A DNA stretch of 57,990 nt, filler included, from Sphacelaria rigidula (GCA_964200075.2; 9 parts of 9 records of this genome joined end to end with filler, not necessarily neighbours in it); one strand, 5' to 3'; counted from the whole stretch's first letter, positions 12,999-26,135 are shown. A program made the numbers and translations. The notes: a model not told the origin generated them from the letters alone.

Positions 12999-15900
12999 TT
13001 GGGTCAACGCGAAATTAGCCCCCTCAGTGTGCACTAAACATCACGCGCATGGCTAATCGGACAGCGAAACGCGAAATTAGTCTCACCAGCGTGCACTATA
13101 TGCCACCAGAATGGCTCATCACACAGCGAAGTCACAATTACCAGCCGACCTTTCACCAGTATAGTGCAAGTCGCACGGCAACCAATCAAGCAGGCCGAGA
13201 TCTGGAAACATGGGGACTCGAAATAGCACTACCACCAAAACATTTTACCCACCCTGTGAATGCAGTACCTTGTCATTCCCTATCATTCAGCAAGCAAAAG
13301 AAAGAGGTGTATGTGACGGCCATACCGCATCACAGCTCACAAGTTGAGAGGAGTTGAAAACTGCAGACAGTTCAATATTTCACACCTCAGTACACATGCA
13401 ATGGAGAAAAGTGTCAACCGTCTGGTGAAAAAATATCGGAGAGAAGCGGGTTCCCTAGTCAGTACAGGAACTCCTCCGGGGAGGCACCAAAACAGCCCCC
13501 AGCGGTGACGTGAAAGAACATGCTAGGATAAAGCAGAAGCTGAACAAGAGCACGATGAGAGTTGGTCCCTAAGCAGTCTTTAAAGCAGCCGTCGAAAAAC
13601 CTATACACCGGACAAGGGTCCATCATCGTCGAAAATGACGCTCAACTTGTTGAGGCTCATATCATACTACATTCTGCGCCGTACCTCAATGAATCGGTAA
13701 CGTTACATTCCAAGTTGACACATGTTCAACAATTTTATATGAAGTTGCTGCTGATTCCAAATCGGAACTACCTACGTATACTCCCTCTCAAAGATCATCC
13801 GGCCACATTTAGTTTAGAGTCGCGGCCAGAGTAAATAGCACCCCAGCTGAAAAAAGAATCAGAATCGATTCTGCAGCAGATGTACCGTGTGTCAGCAAAC
13901 GTTCATAGATGAACACCGGCAATAATTGCAGCTGATACAAAACCAGTACCGCCAGAGTCTACTGATCTCACAAGCACGGGTAATTCCTCCATAAATATCC
14001 TAGGGTTCCTTTGTTTCGAGTTTACGTTGGCGATAATGAACCTGCCAGCAGAAGCGTTTGTAGTCCCGAATATGGGGCCGGATTATTTATTACTAGACAA
14101 TTTCATTATAAGTGCTTTCAAAGCTATGTTCGACTGGCAGGCGGAAGAACTGACATTCAGTGATTCCAGTATAAAAATCAAAGCACCACATCGAAAATAA
14201 CAGGATCCACGAGATCTAACACACTCCGGAACAACACATTGTTCTGTAGTCAGTGTGAAATGTTTCAACGATCCCGTTCCGGTCTTCCTCTCAAAAACCA
14301 GAATGCAGTGGGTCACCGCAATGGCAACATGAGTCGAAACCGAGAATACCCCGTCGACAAAGACAGCAGCTGTCGTTAAGCCACGCATAATAACCGAGAC
14401 ATATATTCGATCGCCTGGTGTGCCCCAAGCATTCACGCGCATCATTCTTGCAAAGACAGTATGCACGCGGTCGGCAAGAAGTGAGACGACAATGGTACAA
14501 ATCACCCACCCGTCGAGCTGACATGTATATCTGAACCGCAATACGATTGAAGGCTATATCACCCCAGTACAAGAGACCAATACCGGAGAAATTTTATGTC
14601 ATTCCGGACACCCTCTCACGACTGTTCGCGTTTGAGGAGCGACAAGAAGCAGACGTCACGCCGTTGCTTACATTAATATGCCGTAACGTGCCAGAAGACG
14701 CTGCGCGTCAAATAGCTGAATCATAGCACCAGTTTCAAGTATCAGCTAAGATGCTCGAGCGTTTGAAGTCGGTGCAAAGTGACCGAGAGCTGTCGACCGT
14801 GAAATCAGTAAACGTAAGCGCAGTGAGCGTCCTCATGTCAGTTGACAGCGAAGTACTTGCAAAAAGAGCAAGTACTGGAGTAGAGACCCTACATCCAATA
14901 TATCACGGAAGAAGATGCTCCGATACCCAAAAAATAATCGATCACATCGAGGTCACATTACTCACGACATAATGAGATCCTATTCAAATCGCACTTGCCT
15001 GGAAACTTGATAAAAAAGAAGCACCATCCGTGAACAACTTGTGCTACCTAAGACCTCGGTGGGCTTTATGTTGCATTCATATCCCGACCATGCACTGTCC
15101 GCAGGCCACCTAGGATTCAAGCGAACTTACGACAAGATCTGACCGAAGTATTATTGGCCATCAATGAAGTGCGATATAAAGGATGGGTGCTTGAAATGTC
15201 AAAGTTGACAACGCCGCGAAAGACACCCCACCGGCAAAAATTGCCAACGGGACATTTTCCAGTGAAAAGATCATACGAAAGAGTGTCCGTAGACCTGGTC
15301 GAGTGCAAAACAGCTTCGATGTCAAACGCTGGAGTACCATGTAAATATGTACAGTCCGTAATGGACCACCTCACAAGGTATGCCTTGCTCATTCCGGTAC
15401 CGACTAAACAAGCCACGTCGATAGCCAAAAATATTTTCGAGTTTTTACTACATTTGACATCCCGCAAAAGCTACATTCGGATAAAGGAGCCGAATTTCAA
15501 AACAAGCCAATACACGCATGCAACAAGAGCTGGGTTGAAAAAAACTCGCACGACACCGTTACACCCGCAAGGTAATTCAATGTCGGAACGAGTCCACCCC
15601 ACTATGCACGCGACGTTAGCTTTGCATATGTCAGTTTTGAACAAAAATGGACATCCATGCTTCCGTTGATCCGATTGGCGTTCAGCGCATCTTATCACAA
15701 TACACTTCAAGAGAACCATATTTTTCATTGTTCGGAAGACAGGCCAGATTACCAATCGACATCGTTCTTGGCATACCTGAGGGAAGCCAAGCTGCAACAC
15801 CCGAAGAATTTTCGGAAGGGGCGCGGGAAAAGCTACAGTTTGATTTGGAATTGCGAGACAAGCTCTACGAGAAAGAGCGAACGAGCAAGAAGACTAAAAC

Positions 15901-17801
15901 AAATGAAAACCGTTCACAGTGTTCAAGCCCGGTCAAAAGGTACGCCTTCACCGACCATACCAGGACTCAGAAGGGCCGAATCCGAAACTCCAGTTACCAT
16001 TGAGAGGACCTTTCACGAAAACCGAGAGACGATCGCCGACTGTGTACAAAAATCAAAGTAGGCGACGACTCTAAGAAAGTGTCGGTAGATCTCACTTACT
16101 TGAAGGAATATCACTCGAGAGAGACGCCACCAGTACCAGTTTTCGGTAAGTGGAGCGAGTTGTTCCTAGGCAAAGGGATGCCTCTACCGGAGATAGACCA
16201 ACCTGACGAAACGTTGTCTAAAATAGCACGTTAAGTGATGGGAAAAGTAGCAGGCCACGCTCCAGGCCCAGGTCGGAGAAGTCTCCATAACTATAAACAT
16301 TGTTTGAGACTCGAAGGCTATGGCTCAGCAGCTGGCCTGACCAATAGGGCTGATGAAATACCATAATGAAACATCTCATCGAAAAATACCGTCGTAACAA
16401 TGGGTTAACAGAGTGCTCACATCCGGACTCGAAATGCAAAAATACCGGGAAACGGAAACGGATGCGACTGTTTAACAGACTGTTCGAGCATCCTAGCAAA
16501 ACGCTCAAGGGTTGAGCAGTAGCCTGGGGTCACAACTCGGAGATCAATGCGAGTTACTCATAAAACGACGTTAGAACAATGCAGACATCAACGGAATAGT
16601 ATCCGACATGTCCGCGGTGACAGAGGTACAAATTCCCAAGGAAAATAGCCTCTCAGCAATGGGGGTAGTTGCTGACAAGAAGCGAAGATCATTTCGATGA
16701 TATTCCACCAAAGAGCTCAATGCTCGCAAGATGAAAACCATACCCACCGCTTTGTTTCTAACGCGAGGTCTTTGTCTAATTCCGGAGTCAGCGGAACCGA
16801 AGGCATCTATTTTCCGGGCATAAATACCCCAAGCGCCCGTGGACCGATCAGTGTCCCAGTGCCCATTCATATACACCTGACTGATGCAGCCAGCACCAAA
16901 GTGCAAATGAAGCTCATAAAAATATGTCACACATAATGTCAAGAAGCAAGGATTATTTTGACGATATTTCGCGAATAGAGCACGATGCTCACAGTTTAAA
17001 AACATCATACCCACCGCTTTGTTGTTAACGCGACGATTCTATCCTACGCCGGTGTCAGCGGAACCAAAGGCATCCCAGAACACGGGCACAAATAACCCAG
17101 GCGCCTGTGAACTGTTCAGCGTCCCAGCGCCCAGTCATATGTATAACCGGCAGACGCAAGCAGCACTACAGTGCAAAAACACGTCCAATTGAAATATGTC
17201 ACTTATGACACAGTTACATGACATGACAGATAAGACCGAAATGAAAGGATTTTGCAATGCATGCACTGTTATTGACCACGGGTGGCTAAAAGTCACTGGA
17301 GGTGTTTCCCCAATGCAACACTATAGAGACGGGCTACATCTGCAAATAGCGGTGGCGTGACTCAATCAAGTATTATTGTCACTCAAAGGCACTTCCACAG
17401 TCCTGATGGGCTTGAGGCGCATAAAGAGGGGGTCGAAATGCAGAAGGCACCGCTTTGCAGTGACACATAACATATTGATGCCACACATGTATGAAAAACC
17501 AGCGTATGCGGGTACGAGGTTGGAACGGTCCGAAAATACCAGATTACCAGGACCCTGTAAAGCCAACGATACTAGAAAACTCGGGGTGATGCCAGGAAGC
17601 GCCTGGTATCAGGGCGGCCCAACATCCCCCGAGGAACTGGTCGCCCCCCGGCGATCACATATCGTCTAAATCACTCATTGCCTTCAAAGTACAAGAGGAA
17701 ATCATGGCCAGTCTCGGAGTTCCTTTGGCATCAGGACGACACCTCCAACGACAATCTCCCCCGTAGGTCTCTGTTTACCCTAGTGATACGCCGTCCTCAC
17801 A
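12999..17801 (+). mobile_element. Degenerate Ty3/Gypsy chromovirus-like element, copy 1 (leader, protease, integrase, chromodomain, PPT, 3' LTR 17439-17801)
   Basis: Protease-like AFVVPNMGPDYLLLDN (about 14050-14100). Integrase YERVSVDL...MDHLTRYALLIPVP...TTPLHPQGNSMSERVH (15154-15669). Chromodomain remnant about 16220-16400. Purine tract then TG...CCTCACA LTR, homologous to 19712-24167. Confidence 0.9.
16715..17205 (+). repeat. About 270-bp-period tandem duplication in the 3' non-coding region of Gypsy copy 1
   Basis: catacccaccgctttgtt...gtcagcggaacc...atatgtcac occurs at about 16740-16930 and again at about 17006-17201. Confidence 0.8.
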
Positions 17802-18483
17802 CCTGTCCCCGATAGACGTTGCTCCACGTACGATTTCAGAACAGTAATAATGTTTCTTGGAACGTGTTGAGTCGAAAGCATTCCGGGGTCTATAACAAGC
17901 GCATCTATCTGCGGAGAGAGGTGCCAACCGCAATATGTACTAATCTACTTCTGTATCGCAGTCGTTAGCAACTTCGTGTGCACCTACACACGCTGCTAGA
18001 AACTTTGGCTGGGGGAGATGATTGACGGGTTTTGCAGCACGCGACAAGAGTCATTCCTTCCCTGAACCGTGATCCTACGGTGACACACCTGGACAAATAG
18101 CATCCTGTGGGGCATGTCTACAGGGCTCATTTACCCTGGTTGATCGCGGTGCGTACGCTGTACAGTGTTCGATATACATGACACAGCGTACTTCACGGGG
18201 TTTCGTAGCCTATGTACTTAGTCTGTTAGTATGTACTTAGTCGAGGCGAATACGCTGCACCGTGTTTTATTGAACTGCACAGTGCACTCAACAGGGATTC
18301 GCAACCCGGTGTAGTACTGCTGTAGTCTACGTGAGCACGGTGCACAGTGTTTTTTCCGCTGCACAGCGCACTGGCCGAATGACTGTCCATGAACAGTCAG
18401 TACATTGGGATCTGTACATGGGCGGTCAGTACATTTGGAAGAAAATAACTCTCGAGATTTGGTGAGGACAGTAGTCGAACCTA

Positions 18484-19013
18484 TAGTGGTGGACGCCTGA
18501 ACTGTTCATTTCGTAAATGGCGATTTTCGTCGGCTATTTCGCTTGCAACCGCTCAATATATTGGCGGTCAGAAAATACTTGTATTCGCTCCAGATTCCAA
18601 GAAAAAACTAATCTGCATTCATTATTGATTTACTTACTAACTGACCGGTTATCAGGGGTCCCGACACGTTTCAGTCCAGATTCTCACTCTCGTATTTATG
18701 GTTGATCGGGCCTGTCCAGATCGTATTCGTACATTCTACCAACTAAAATACATTTTGTTTTTTTGAAGTTTTACCTACTCATTGCACTAGAGCCGCAACA
18801 CTGTGCTTCACGGCCAGCAACACCCTCCTGATAAACTGGGTATCTACTCGTATCGCCCGACAAAACCAACAAAAACTATCTTGGACAATGGGGGTGGAAA
18901 CGATCTCTTCGTTTTACCGAAATCTACCGACGCCAGCACTTTCGAGTTCTGTTGAGCGTTAGAAGCGAGAAAAAACGCTCCTGAACAAAAAATTGTTCAG
19001 GCGCCCACTACTG
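18484..19013. mobile_element. Tc1/mariner (pogo-like) MITE
   Basis: TA flanks; TIR CAGTAGTGGGCGCCTGAAC (left copy degenerate); body homologous to 21398-21939. Confidence 0.8.
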
Positions 19014-19162
19014 TACGATCTAGGTGTCACGAATCCCGATACTTGACATTTCAACCAGTTACATCCGTTTTGAGAATCTAATCAAATGCACTTCTGTGTA
19101 TACTGTGATAATGGTGGGGTATGCTCATGCATTGGCTGGGGTATGCTAATACATTGGCTGGG

Positions 19163-19265
19163 GACACTTTCTACGATAACCCCCCCCCCCAAAAGTGCAC
19201 GGTTTTGGGAGGCAAAATCTTCACGTGAATCGAAATGGGAAAAGCCGAGCACAACGAGAAGCTGG
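19163..19265 (+). mobile_element. Left end of a GACACTTTCTACGATA-TIR MITE, truncated by the contig end
   Basis: TIR plus poly-C and a body matching 19440-19530 and the reverse complement of 50745-50865. Confidence 0.75.
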
Positions 19266-19365
19266 NNNNNNNNNNNNNNNNNNNNNNNNNNNNNNNNNNN
19301 NNNNNNNNNTTAATTAATTAANNNNNNNNNNNNNNNNNNNNNNNNNNNNNNNNNNNNNNNNNNNN
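19266..19365. other. Artificial contig spacer
   Basis: N44-TTAATTAATTAA-N44. Confidence 0.98.
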
Positions 19366-19429
19366 CCCCACCCCGCCCTCCCAGCTTAGTACAATTGTTT
19401 TTATCAAAAGTGAACTATATATAAAGGAA

Positions 19430-19676
19430 ACCCCCCCCCCCCCCCCCAAAAAAAAAAAGTGCATGGTTTGGGAAGGCAAAATCGTCACGTGAATCAAACT
19501 TGAGAAAGCCGAGCACAACGAGCAGCTAGGATTTCCCACGCTTGGGTTCGTTCTCGCTAAAGTCGCCGATATGAGGCGTTCCATGCAGCCTGAACACAAA
19601 CATCAGGCGCTGAATGGCCATTTTTTTCGTGACACTTTCGGGCTGGTTTTTGCGGGGGGCTATCGTAGAAAGTGTC
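19430..19676 (+). mobile_element. GACACTTTCTACGATA-TIR MITE (right end intact)
   Basis: Ends GGGGGCTATCGTAGAAAGTGTC; body shared with 50155-50865 and 51120-51369. Confidence 0.78.
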
Positions 19677-20172
19677 ACCGAACATTCCTGCATGGTTCGG
19701 AAGGCTGCATATATGAGGAAGGCGTATCACTAGACTTGAGGGTGATCACCGTGGGGTGACCAGTTACCTCGGGGGATGCAGGGTCGTCCTGAGATTAGGC
19801 TCTTCCTAGCATCACCCCGAGTCATCTAGTATCGTTGGCTTTACGGGGTCTCGGTAATCTGGTCCTTTCGGACCGTTCCTACCTTGTACCTGCATGCACT
19901 GGTTCTTCATACATGTGTGGCATCAATCTCTCATATATCACTGCAAAGAGGTGTCTTCCACACTTCCCCTCCTTTCCGCGCCTCAAGCCCATCGGGACTG
20001 TGGCTGGTGGGGCGAGGCGATCATCAGCTTCGATGATAATAAAATGTTGGAAGTTTTTTGAGTGATGATCATTGATTGAGTCACGCCACCGCTAATCGCA
20101 AAGGTAGCCCTTCTCCATACTATGGCATTGATTGAACACCTCCAGTGAATTTTAGCTACCTCTGGTCATTAA

Positions 20173-20270
20173 CCCTTAGACGGCGGGAGTAGCTAACCTG
20201 TGGAACCGGCATCAGCGTCACTTGAAAAGAGTAGTCATGGTACAGGTGGACTACCCTCGTGGTCTAAGGG
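20173..20270. mobile_element. 98-bp piggyBac-type MITE inserted in the Gypsy 3' region
   Basis: TTAA-CCCTTAGAC...GTCTAAGGG-TTAG; absent from the homologous site in copy 1 (about 17265-17280). Confidence 0.85.
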
Positions 20271-21397
20271 TTAGTAGTGCATGCATTGCAAAACCCTTTA
20301 ATTTCGGTTTTTTCTGTCTTTTAACTGTGTCATGTGTGACATATCTTAATTAGATGCATTTGCACTTTAGTGCTGGTTGCATCTGCCGGTTCTACATGAC
20401 TGGGCACTAGGACGCTGTTCGGTCCACGGGCGCCTGGATTATTTATGCCTGGGTTCTGGGATGCCTTCGGTTAGTCACAAGGCGGGGGGAACGATGTTTT
20501 CACCCTGTGAGCATCGTGCTCTTTGGTGAAACATCGTCGAAATGATCTTTGCTTCTTGTCAGCAAGTACCCCCATTGCTTCAAAGAGACGGACCTCCTTT
20601 GGGAAGTTGTACCCCCGTCACCCGCTGACATGCCAGATGTTATTCCGTTCATGTTTGTACTGTTCTCACGTCGTTTTATTTGCCATTCTTAGTGATCTCC
20701 ATATTGTAACCTTAGGCTACTGCTCAACCCTTGAGCGCTTTGCCTGGACGCTTGAACAGTCTGTTGAACATTCTCTTCCGTTTCCGTTCCCCGGTATTTT
20801 TGGATTTCGGATCTGCTCGTGAGCATGCTGCTAACCCTTTGTCATAACGATATTTATCGATGAGATGTTTACATTGTGGTACTTCATCGGCTCGGTAGGT
20901 TAGGTCGTCTGCCGGGCCCGTAGCCTCGGGTCTCAACCGATATTTATAGTTATGACGACTTCTTCAACCTGGTCCTAGAGCGTGGCCTACCATTTTTTCC
21001 ACAACGTAACGCTCTATTTCAGATGACGTTTCGTCCTGTTGGTCTATCTCTGGTAGATGTATCCGTTTGCCTAGGAACAACTCGCTACACGTATCGAAAT
21101 CTGGTGCTGGTGGCCTCTCCCTCGGGTGATATTCCAAGTGAGCGAGATCTACTGACACTTCTTCAGATTCGTCGCCTATTAGATTGTTTTCAAATTCGGC
21201 TCCTCGATCGGAATGCAGCTTTTCCGGAATGCCAAATGTCGTGAACACTATGTCGATGAGAGTTTTGGCTATTGACGTCGCCTTTCTATTCGGCACCGGA
21301 ATGAGCAAAGCATCCCTCGTGAGGTGGTCCATTACGGGCAGTATATATTTATCTAGTACTCCAGCGTTTGACATCGAAGCTGTTTTGTATTCGACTA

Positions 21398-21939
21398 CAG
21401 TACTGTAGTGGGCGGTCTAACTATTCATTTTGTGACTTTTTGTGATTTTCTCGTAATTGGCGATTTTCTTGGGCTCTTTTTGCTTGCCACCGCTTATCAC
21501 ATTGGGGATCTGAAGATATTTGTATCCGTCTCACATTCCAAGGAGAATAAACATCTGGACTCTATACTGAGTGGCTTACGGTCTGACCGGTCATCGGGGG
21601 TCCTGCCACGTTTCAGGCCAGATTCTTACTCTTCGGTGTTTTCGGTCGATCAAGCCTGTCCCGACCATATTTGTGAAGAAATGCCCCGTTTTTTTCTTCA
21701 TTTTACCTACGCATTGCACTAGAGCCGGAAAACTATGTTTCATGGTCAATAACACCCTCCTGATAAACGGGGTATTTACTCGTATCGCCCGATATAACAC
21801 TGACTTGGGCTCTGTGTTTCGGGGGTGGTCTGTTTATTGTACCAAAATCTACCGACGCTAGCAATTTCGAGTTCTATTGAAGAGTAGTACGTGAGGAAAG
21901 CCCCAAAACACCCCTGAATAGTCAGACCGCCCACTACTG
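21398..21939. mobile_element. Tc1/mariner MITE interrupting the Gypsy integrase
   Basis: TA duplication at 21396-21397 and 21940-21941; TIR CAGTA(...)GTGGGCGGTCT; removal restores VSVDLVEYKTASM. Confidence 0.88.
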
Positions 21940-24412
21940 TAGGTCTACCGACACTCTTTCGTGTGGCTGTTTGACCGGAACATGTCCCATCGGCAGTTTT
22001 CGCCGGTTGTGAACCGTTTTTTGGCGTTGGCAACTCTGACATGAGGTGCGTACTCCAGCGCTTGCTCTTTTTGTAATTTTTCGCGGTCGACTGACATAAA
22101 GACGTTCGTGGCGCTTACGCATACTGATTTCACGGTGAACAGCCCTCTGTGCCTTTTACCGGCTTTAAATTGTCGAGCTTCTCAGGTAATATTTGAGACT
22201 GGTGTTGTCGTGAGAGGGTGTCCGGAATGACATGAAGCTTCCCCGGTTTATCTCTAACCGTGAAGTCATATGGTTGTAAAGCGATCGCCCAACGGGTCAA
22301 CATGCTGCTCGTATCTTGCCTTACATATAGATATCGAAGAGCTGCATGATCTGTTACACGCATAAAGTGATGGCCCCACAAGAAAGGTGTGAAATGCTGA
22401 ATGGCTATAATAGTACGACGGCATAACATTCTTTCCTGGTGGGTGATGAGCGAGAATAAGCGTCGTTGAAACGTTGACTACAGTATGCTACGATTGCGCT
22501 GTCGTCGCCCTTCTTCTGGGACAGGTACGCTCCCGCGCCTCGGTTTGACGTATCGACACTTATCGTGAAGTCTTTAGTTGAATCTGGAAAATAAATGACT
22601 AGGTGCCTCGGTCATTAGTTGTTAAATTTTCCCGAATGCTTCATCATGTTCGCTATTCCAGAGTTTTTGACACTTGTTTCGCCGCTTCTTTCTTTGTAAG
22701 ATTGATCAGATCTAAATATCCAGGGGTCACATTTATTCTAAATGTGACCGGATGATCTTTTAGAGGGATTACAGGCAGTTCCGATTTGGAATCAACACCA
22801 CTGCTCATAATTATTGTTTGCTCTTGCGGCAGGTTAAACATGTATCAGCGTGGAATGTAACGTTACTGATTCATTTAGGGTAACGCGCAGGATGTAGCAT
22901 GAAATGCGTCTCGACAAGTTGAGCCTCGTTTTCGACGATTTTGGACCGCTGTCCGGTGTATCGCTTTTTCGATGGCTGTTATAAAGGCTCCTTACGATCT
23001 ACCTCCAAGCGTGCTCCTGTTCAGCTTCTCCTTTATCCTAGCATGTACCTCCACGTCACAACTGGGGCTATTTTGGTGCCCCACAGAGGAGTTACTGTAC
23101 TGACTAGAAAACCCGCTTCTTCTATTTTTTCCACCAGAGGGTTCGCACTTCTTCTCCATTGCATGCGTACTGAGATGTGAAGTATTGAACTATCTGCAGT
23201 TTTCAGCTCCTCTCCACTTTATGAGCTGAGATGCGGCAAGACCGTCCAAAACATCTCCTTCTGTCGCTTGCTAAATGTTGAGGAATGACAAGGTAGTGCA
23301 TTTGCAGGTTGGGTGAATTTTTGTCAGTGCTATTTCGAGTCACCACATTTCCAGAGGTCGGCCAGCTTGATTGATTATCGCGCCCTTCGCACTACTGTAT
23401 GGTGATAAGAGGTGGGTTGGCAAGTGTGGCTTCGCTGCTTGACTAGCCATGCTGGTGACATATCATGCACGCTGATGACATTAATTTCGCGTTTCGCTGT
23501 TTGACTAGCCATGCAGGTGACCTATAATGGCACGCTGAGGAGTCTAATTTCGCGGTTTCGCTGTTAGATTAGCTATGCGGGTGGCATCTAATGCACACTG
23601 AGGGGGCTAATTTCGCGTTGACCCAAACACATTACTCCAATAACCTCTCAACTCGAATAATTGTGAACATGACCCATACGTCTCACCTGCTGTAGCGTTC
23701 CTTGGAGGACCCTGGTGTTTCTCGCGTCGGAGCAATCGGTTCTCATTATTGTTTTTAACTTCTACGACCTGTCCTGACTGAGTTTTTTTCTGGTATCGCC
23801 AATATGAGGAAGGTGTATTGCTAGGGCAAATAGAGACCTACGGGGGGGACTGTCGTTGGAGATATCGTTCTGATGCCGAAGCAACTCCGAGGCTGGCGAG
23901 GGTTTCCTCTTGTGATATGTAGGCAAGAAGGGGGCCAGATATGAGTGTGATCACCATGGGGTGACCAGTTACCTCGGGGGATGCAAGGTCGTCCTGAGAT
24001 CAGGCTCTTTCTGGCATCACCCCGAGTTGTCTAGTATCGTTGGCATTACGGGGTCTCGGTAATACGGTCCTTTCGGATCGTTCCTACCTTGTACCTGCAT
24101 GCATTTGTTCTTCGTACATGTGTGGCATCAATCTCTGATATGTCACTACAAAGAGGTGTCTTCCACACATATCGAGAAAATACGCCCGGTATACTTGAGA
24201 AAATATCCTGATTTCAGCCGGTATCCTACAGAAACACACTGGGGTAAGCGCCTCATGTGACTAACTACGGCTAGATTCGTCGCGTATCAGTTAATGTGCC
24301 ATAATCAATCAATTATTCATCCGTTCAGCGATGGACAGATGAGTAGTATCCCCCGTCACCCTTACCCCTCGCCACCCTCCCTTGGCGTGCTGTTCTCCTA
24401 TGCTGTGTGCAG

Positions 24413-24527
24413 GGTGCGAATACCTGACTTAAATTGGCTGCCTAGATGCGGTCCGCTTATTCGAGCGGTGCTTTCTGCCGAGGAAGAGGCATCTTCTCCC
24501 CCTTCTTCCCCCTCCGCGAATAGCTGA
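24413..24527 (+). CDS. Possible terminal exon of an unknown gene (VRIPDLNWLPRCGPLIRAVLSAEEEASSPPSSPSANS*)
   Basis: Pyrimidine-rich tract and tgcag acceptor, open to TGA; no homology recognised. Confidence 0.35.
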
Positions 24528-25518
24528 GAGAAGAAAACAGAAAACTGATAACATAATATCCGAGGAAGCAGAGTAACTTGTTTGTATGTGTGTTCATGCG
24601 GGAGGAGAGTTCCGCATAACGTGACGTAGAAATTGATTTTTGTGTAACACGAGCAGGTGCAGGCGGTCGTGCGTGTGTGCGCGCTCTCGCCCTTGACGAT
24701 AGGGCTTGGACCTCATTTTGGCGGCAAACGATCATTTTTGTTTCGAGTGTTGTATTTTTCTGTTCACAGTCCCTCGACGCCTTGGAGAATGGTCTTCGTA
24801 GTAGACGGTAAACGGACATGGATGGGTGGCGTGCGAGATTTACTCAAACGTCGACTACGTGTAGCCGTCAAGCGCGCAGCCGCGTGCTTGCCATGATTAC
24901 AGGAAGGCAGGGAGGTGCGTGCTTGTCTTTCCCGGTGTTGCATTATCATGCCGTTCCTTCACATATCCCTTGTAATATTTTTGTACGCGCACGACGACAT
25001 TTGCCACTGGTGCGGGGGGTCTGCTTACCACGGCGGTTTCGACGAGTCACGGACGGAACTGTGACACGTTTATGCGTGACACGGTCGTTCCCGGATCCAA
25101 ATCCCTCCGTTTCTGCGTAGGTGTTGTCTCTACACGAAAACAAGAATTCTAGACATCCCCTTGCCTTCCATCCCAAGTAATTTCGTGATGTCGGCGGTGA
25201 AGGGACCAACACAATACATCAAGATATATAATATACATGCATGTAGCCGTCTCCTCTGGAACATGGCGTTTTGGTCAACTTTCGCAAGGAACAAGCTGTC
25301 TGTGCACTACCTACCCACTTCCCAGCCAGCCCACTCGTATGCCTTTTGAGCAGGCGGCAAGAATGATGTTTTCGTGAAATGTAGAGTCTAGGATGTGATG
25401 AAGAGTGAGAAGCGGTCAATCAACGAATAAAATAGTTTCACTTCCGAAATGCCCGTCCAGGCCTGATACGAAGCCCGATACGCTTTCTGTAGTAGGTTGC
25501 CACTGAAGCCTTGCATAT

Positions 25519-25655
25519 TAGAGCTCGGAAATGGTTTGTCTAGCCATTAACCAGTTGAACGGTTACGTGTAGCGCACTCATTAACCAGTTGAATGATACA
25601 TAATGGTTTGGTCATCGAGCAGTGCAGCCGCGAGCCAAAAAGCCCCCCCCCCCCG
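25519..25655. mobile_element. One end of a TAGAGCTCGGAAATGGT-TIR (hAT-like) MITE
   Basis: Matches the reverse complement of the right end of 26887-27236. Confidence 0.65.
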
Positions 25656-25720
25656 GCATGCTCCGTCTCGAAAGGGATGCGTGGTCAAAGGTCAAACGAC
25701 TGAGGCAAGCAACAAATGAG

Positions 25721-25820
25721 NNNNNNNNNNNNNNNNNNNNNNNNNNNNNNNNNNNNNNNNNNNNTTAATTAATTAANNNNNNNNNNNNNNNNNNNNNNNN
25801 NNNNNNNNNNNNNNNNNNNN
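25721..25820. other. Artificial contig spacer
   Basis: N44-TTAATTAATTAA-N44. Confidence 0.98.
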
Positions 25821-26135
25821 AGGTTTCGAGATCGGCCGCTGAACAAAAATTCGTGTGCGAAAATCCGTGCTTGCCGACCCCCGCCAGTTTGCCCGATAAT
25901 CTGTGGAGTTTGCCCCCGATTTTGTTGCACACGGATTTTGTTCAGCGGCAGCTCTCGAACCTTGGAGCCAAGCGAATCTGAAACGTGGGCTAGGCTCCTC
26001 TCTGTGGGGTGATGCAAAGTATCCAATACGTGTATTGGCGATTTTCCCTGTTTAGGGGTCAAAGTGTGGCTCAAACGTCATAGAAGTGAACAATCTGTGG
26101 GCCAAAACTCTGTGTGCCATACCATCCGGCCTTAA

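Larger units (their letters stand above)
19712..24167 (-). mobile_element. Gypsy chromovirus-like element, copy 2: structurally complete but internally deleted (5' LTR 24167-23803, PBS 23801-23790, PPT 19977-19963, 3' LTR 19962-19712, TSD CATA)
   Basis: RNase H VDTSNRGAGAYL...AIQHFTPFLWG...TDHAAL...LTRWAIALQPYDF (22130-22560). Integrase LHSDRGAEF. Chromodomain ERYVVEKMVGHA...GPADDLTY. CATA at 19708-19711 and 24168-24171. Confidence 0.93.

Noticed and set aside
13008..13130. CRISPR-like spaced repeats (also 23430-23617 and 18150-18375)
   Set aside because: The units are homologous along their length (ordinary tandem repeats), the context is eukaryotic and there are no cas genes.
16571..17014. 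Extra antisense ORF in the Gypsy 3' region
   Set aside because: It overlaps a tandem duplication, and the sister copy carries a deletion and shows no equivalent long ORF.
19163..19676. A single MITE spanning the gap
   Set aside because: The ends are on separate contigs, duplicate the same internal part of the element and share no TSD.
12999..24167. A giant inverted repeat or tail-to-tail retrotransposon pair
   Set aside because: The two copies lie on different contigs joined by an artificial spacer.
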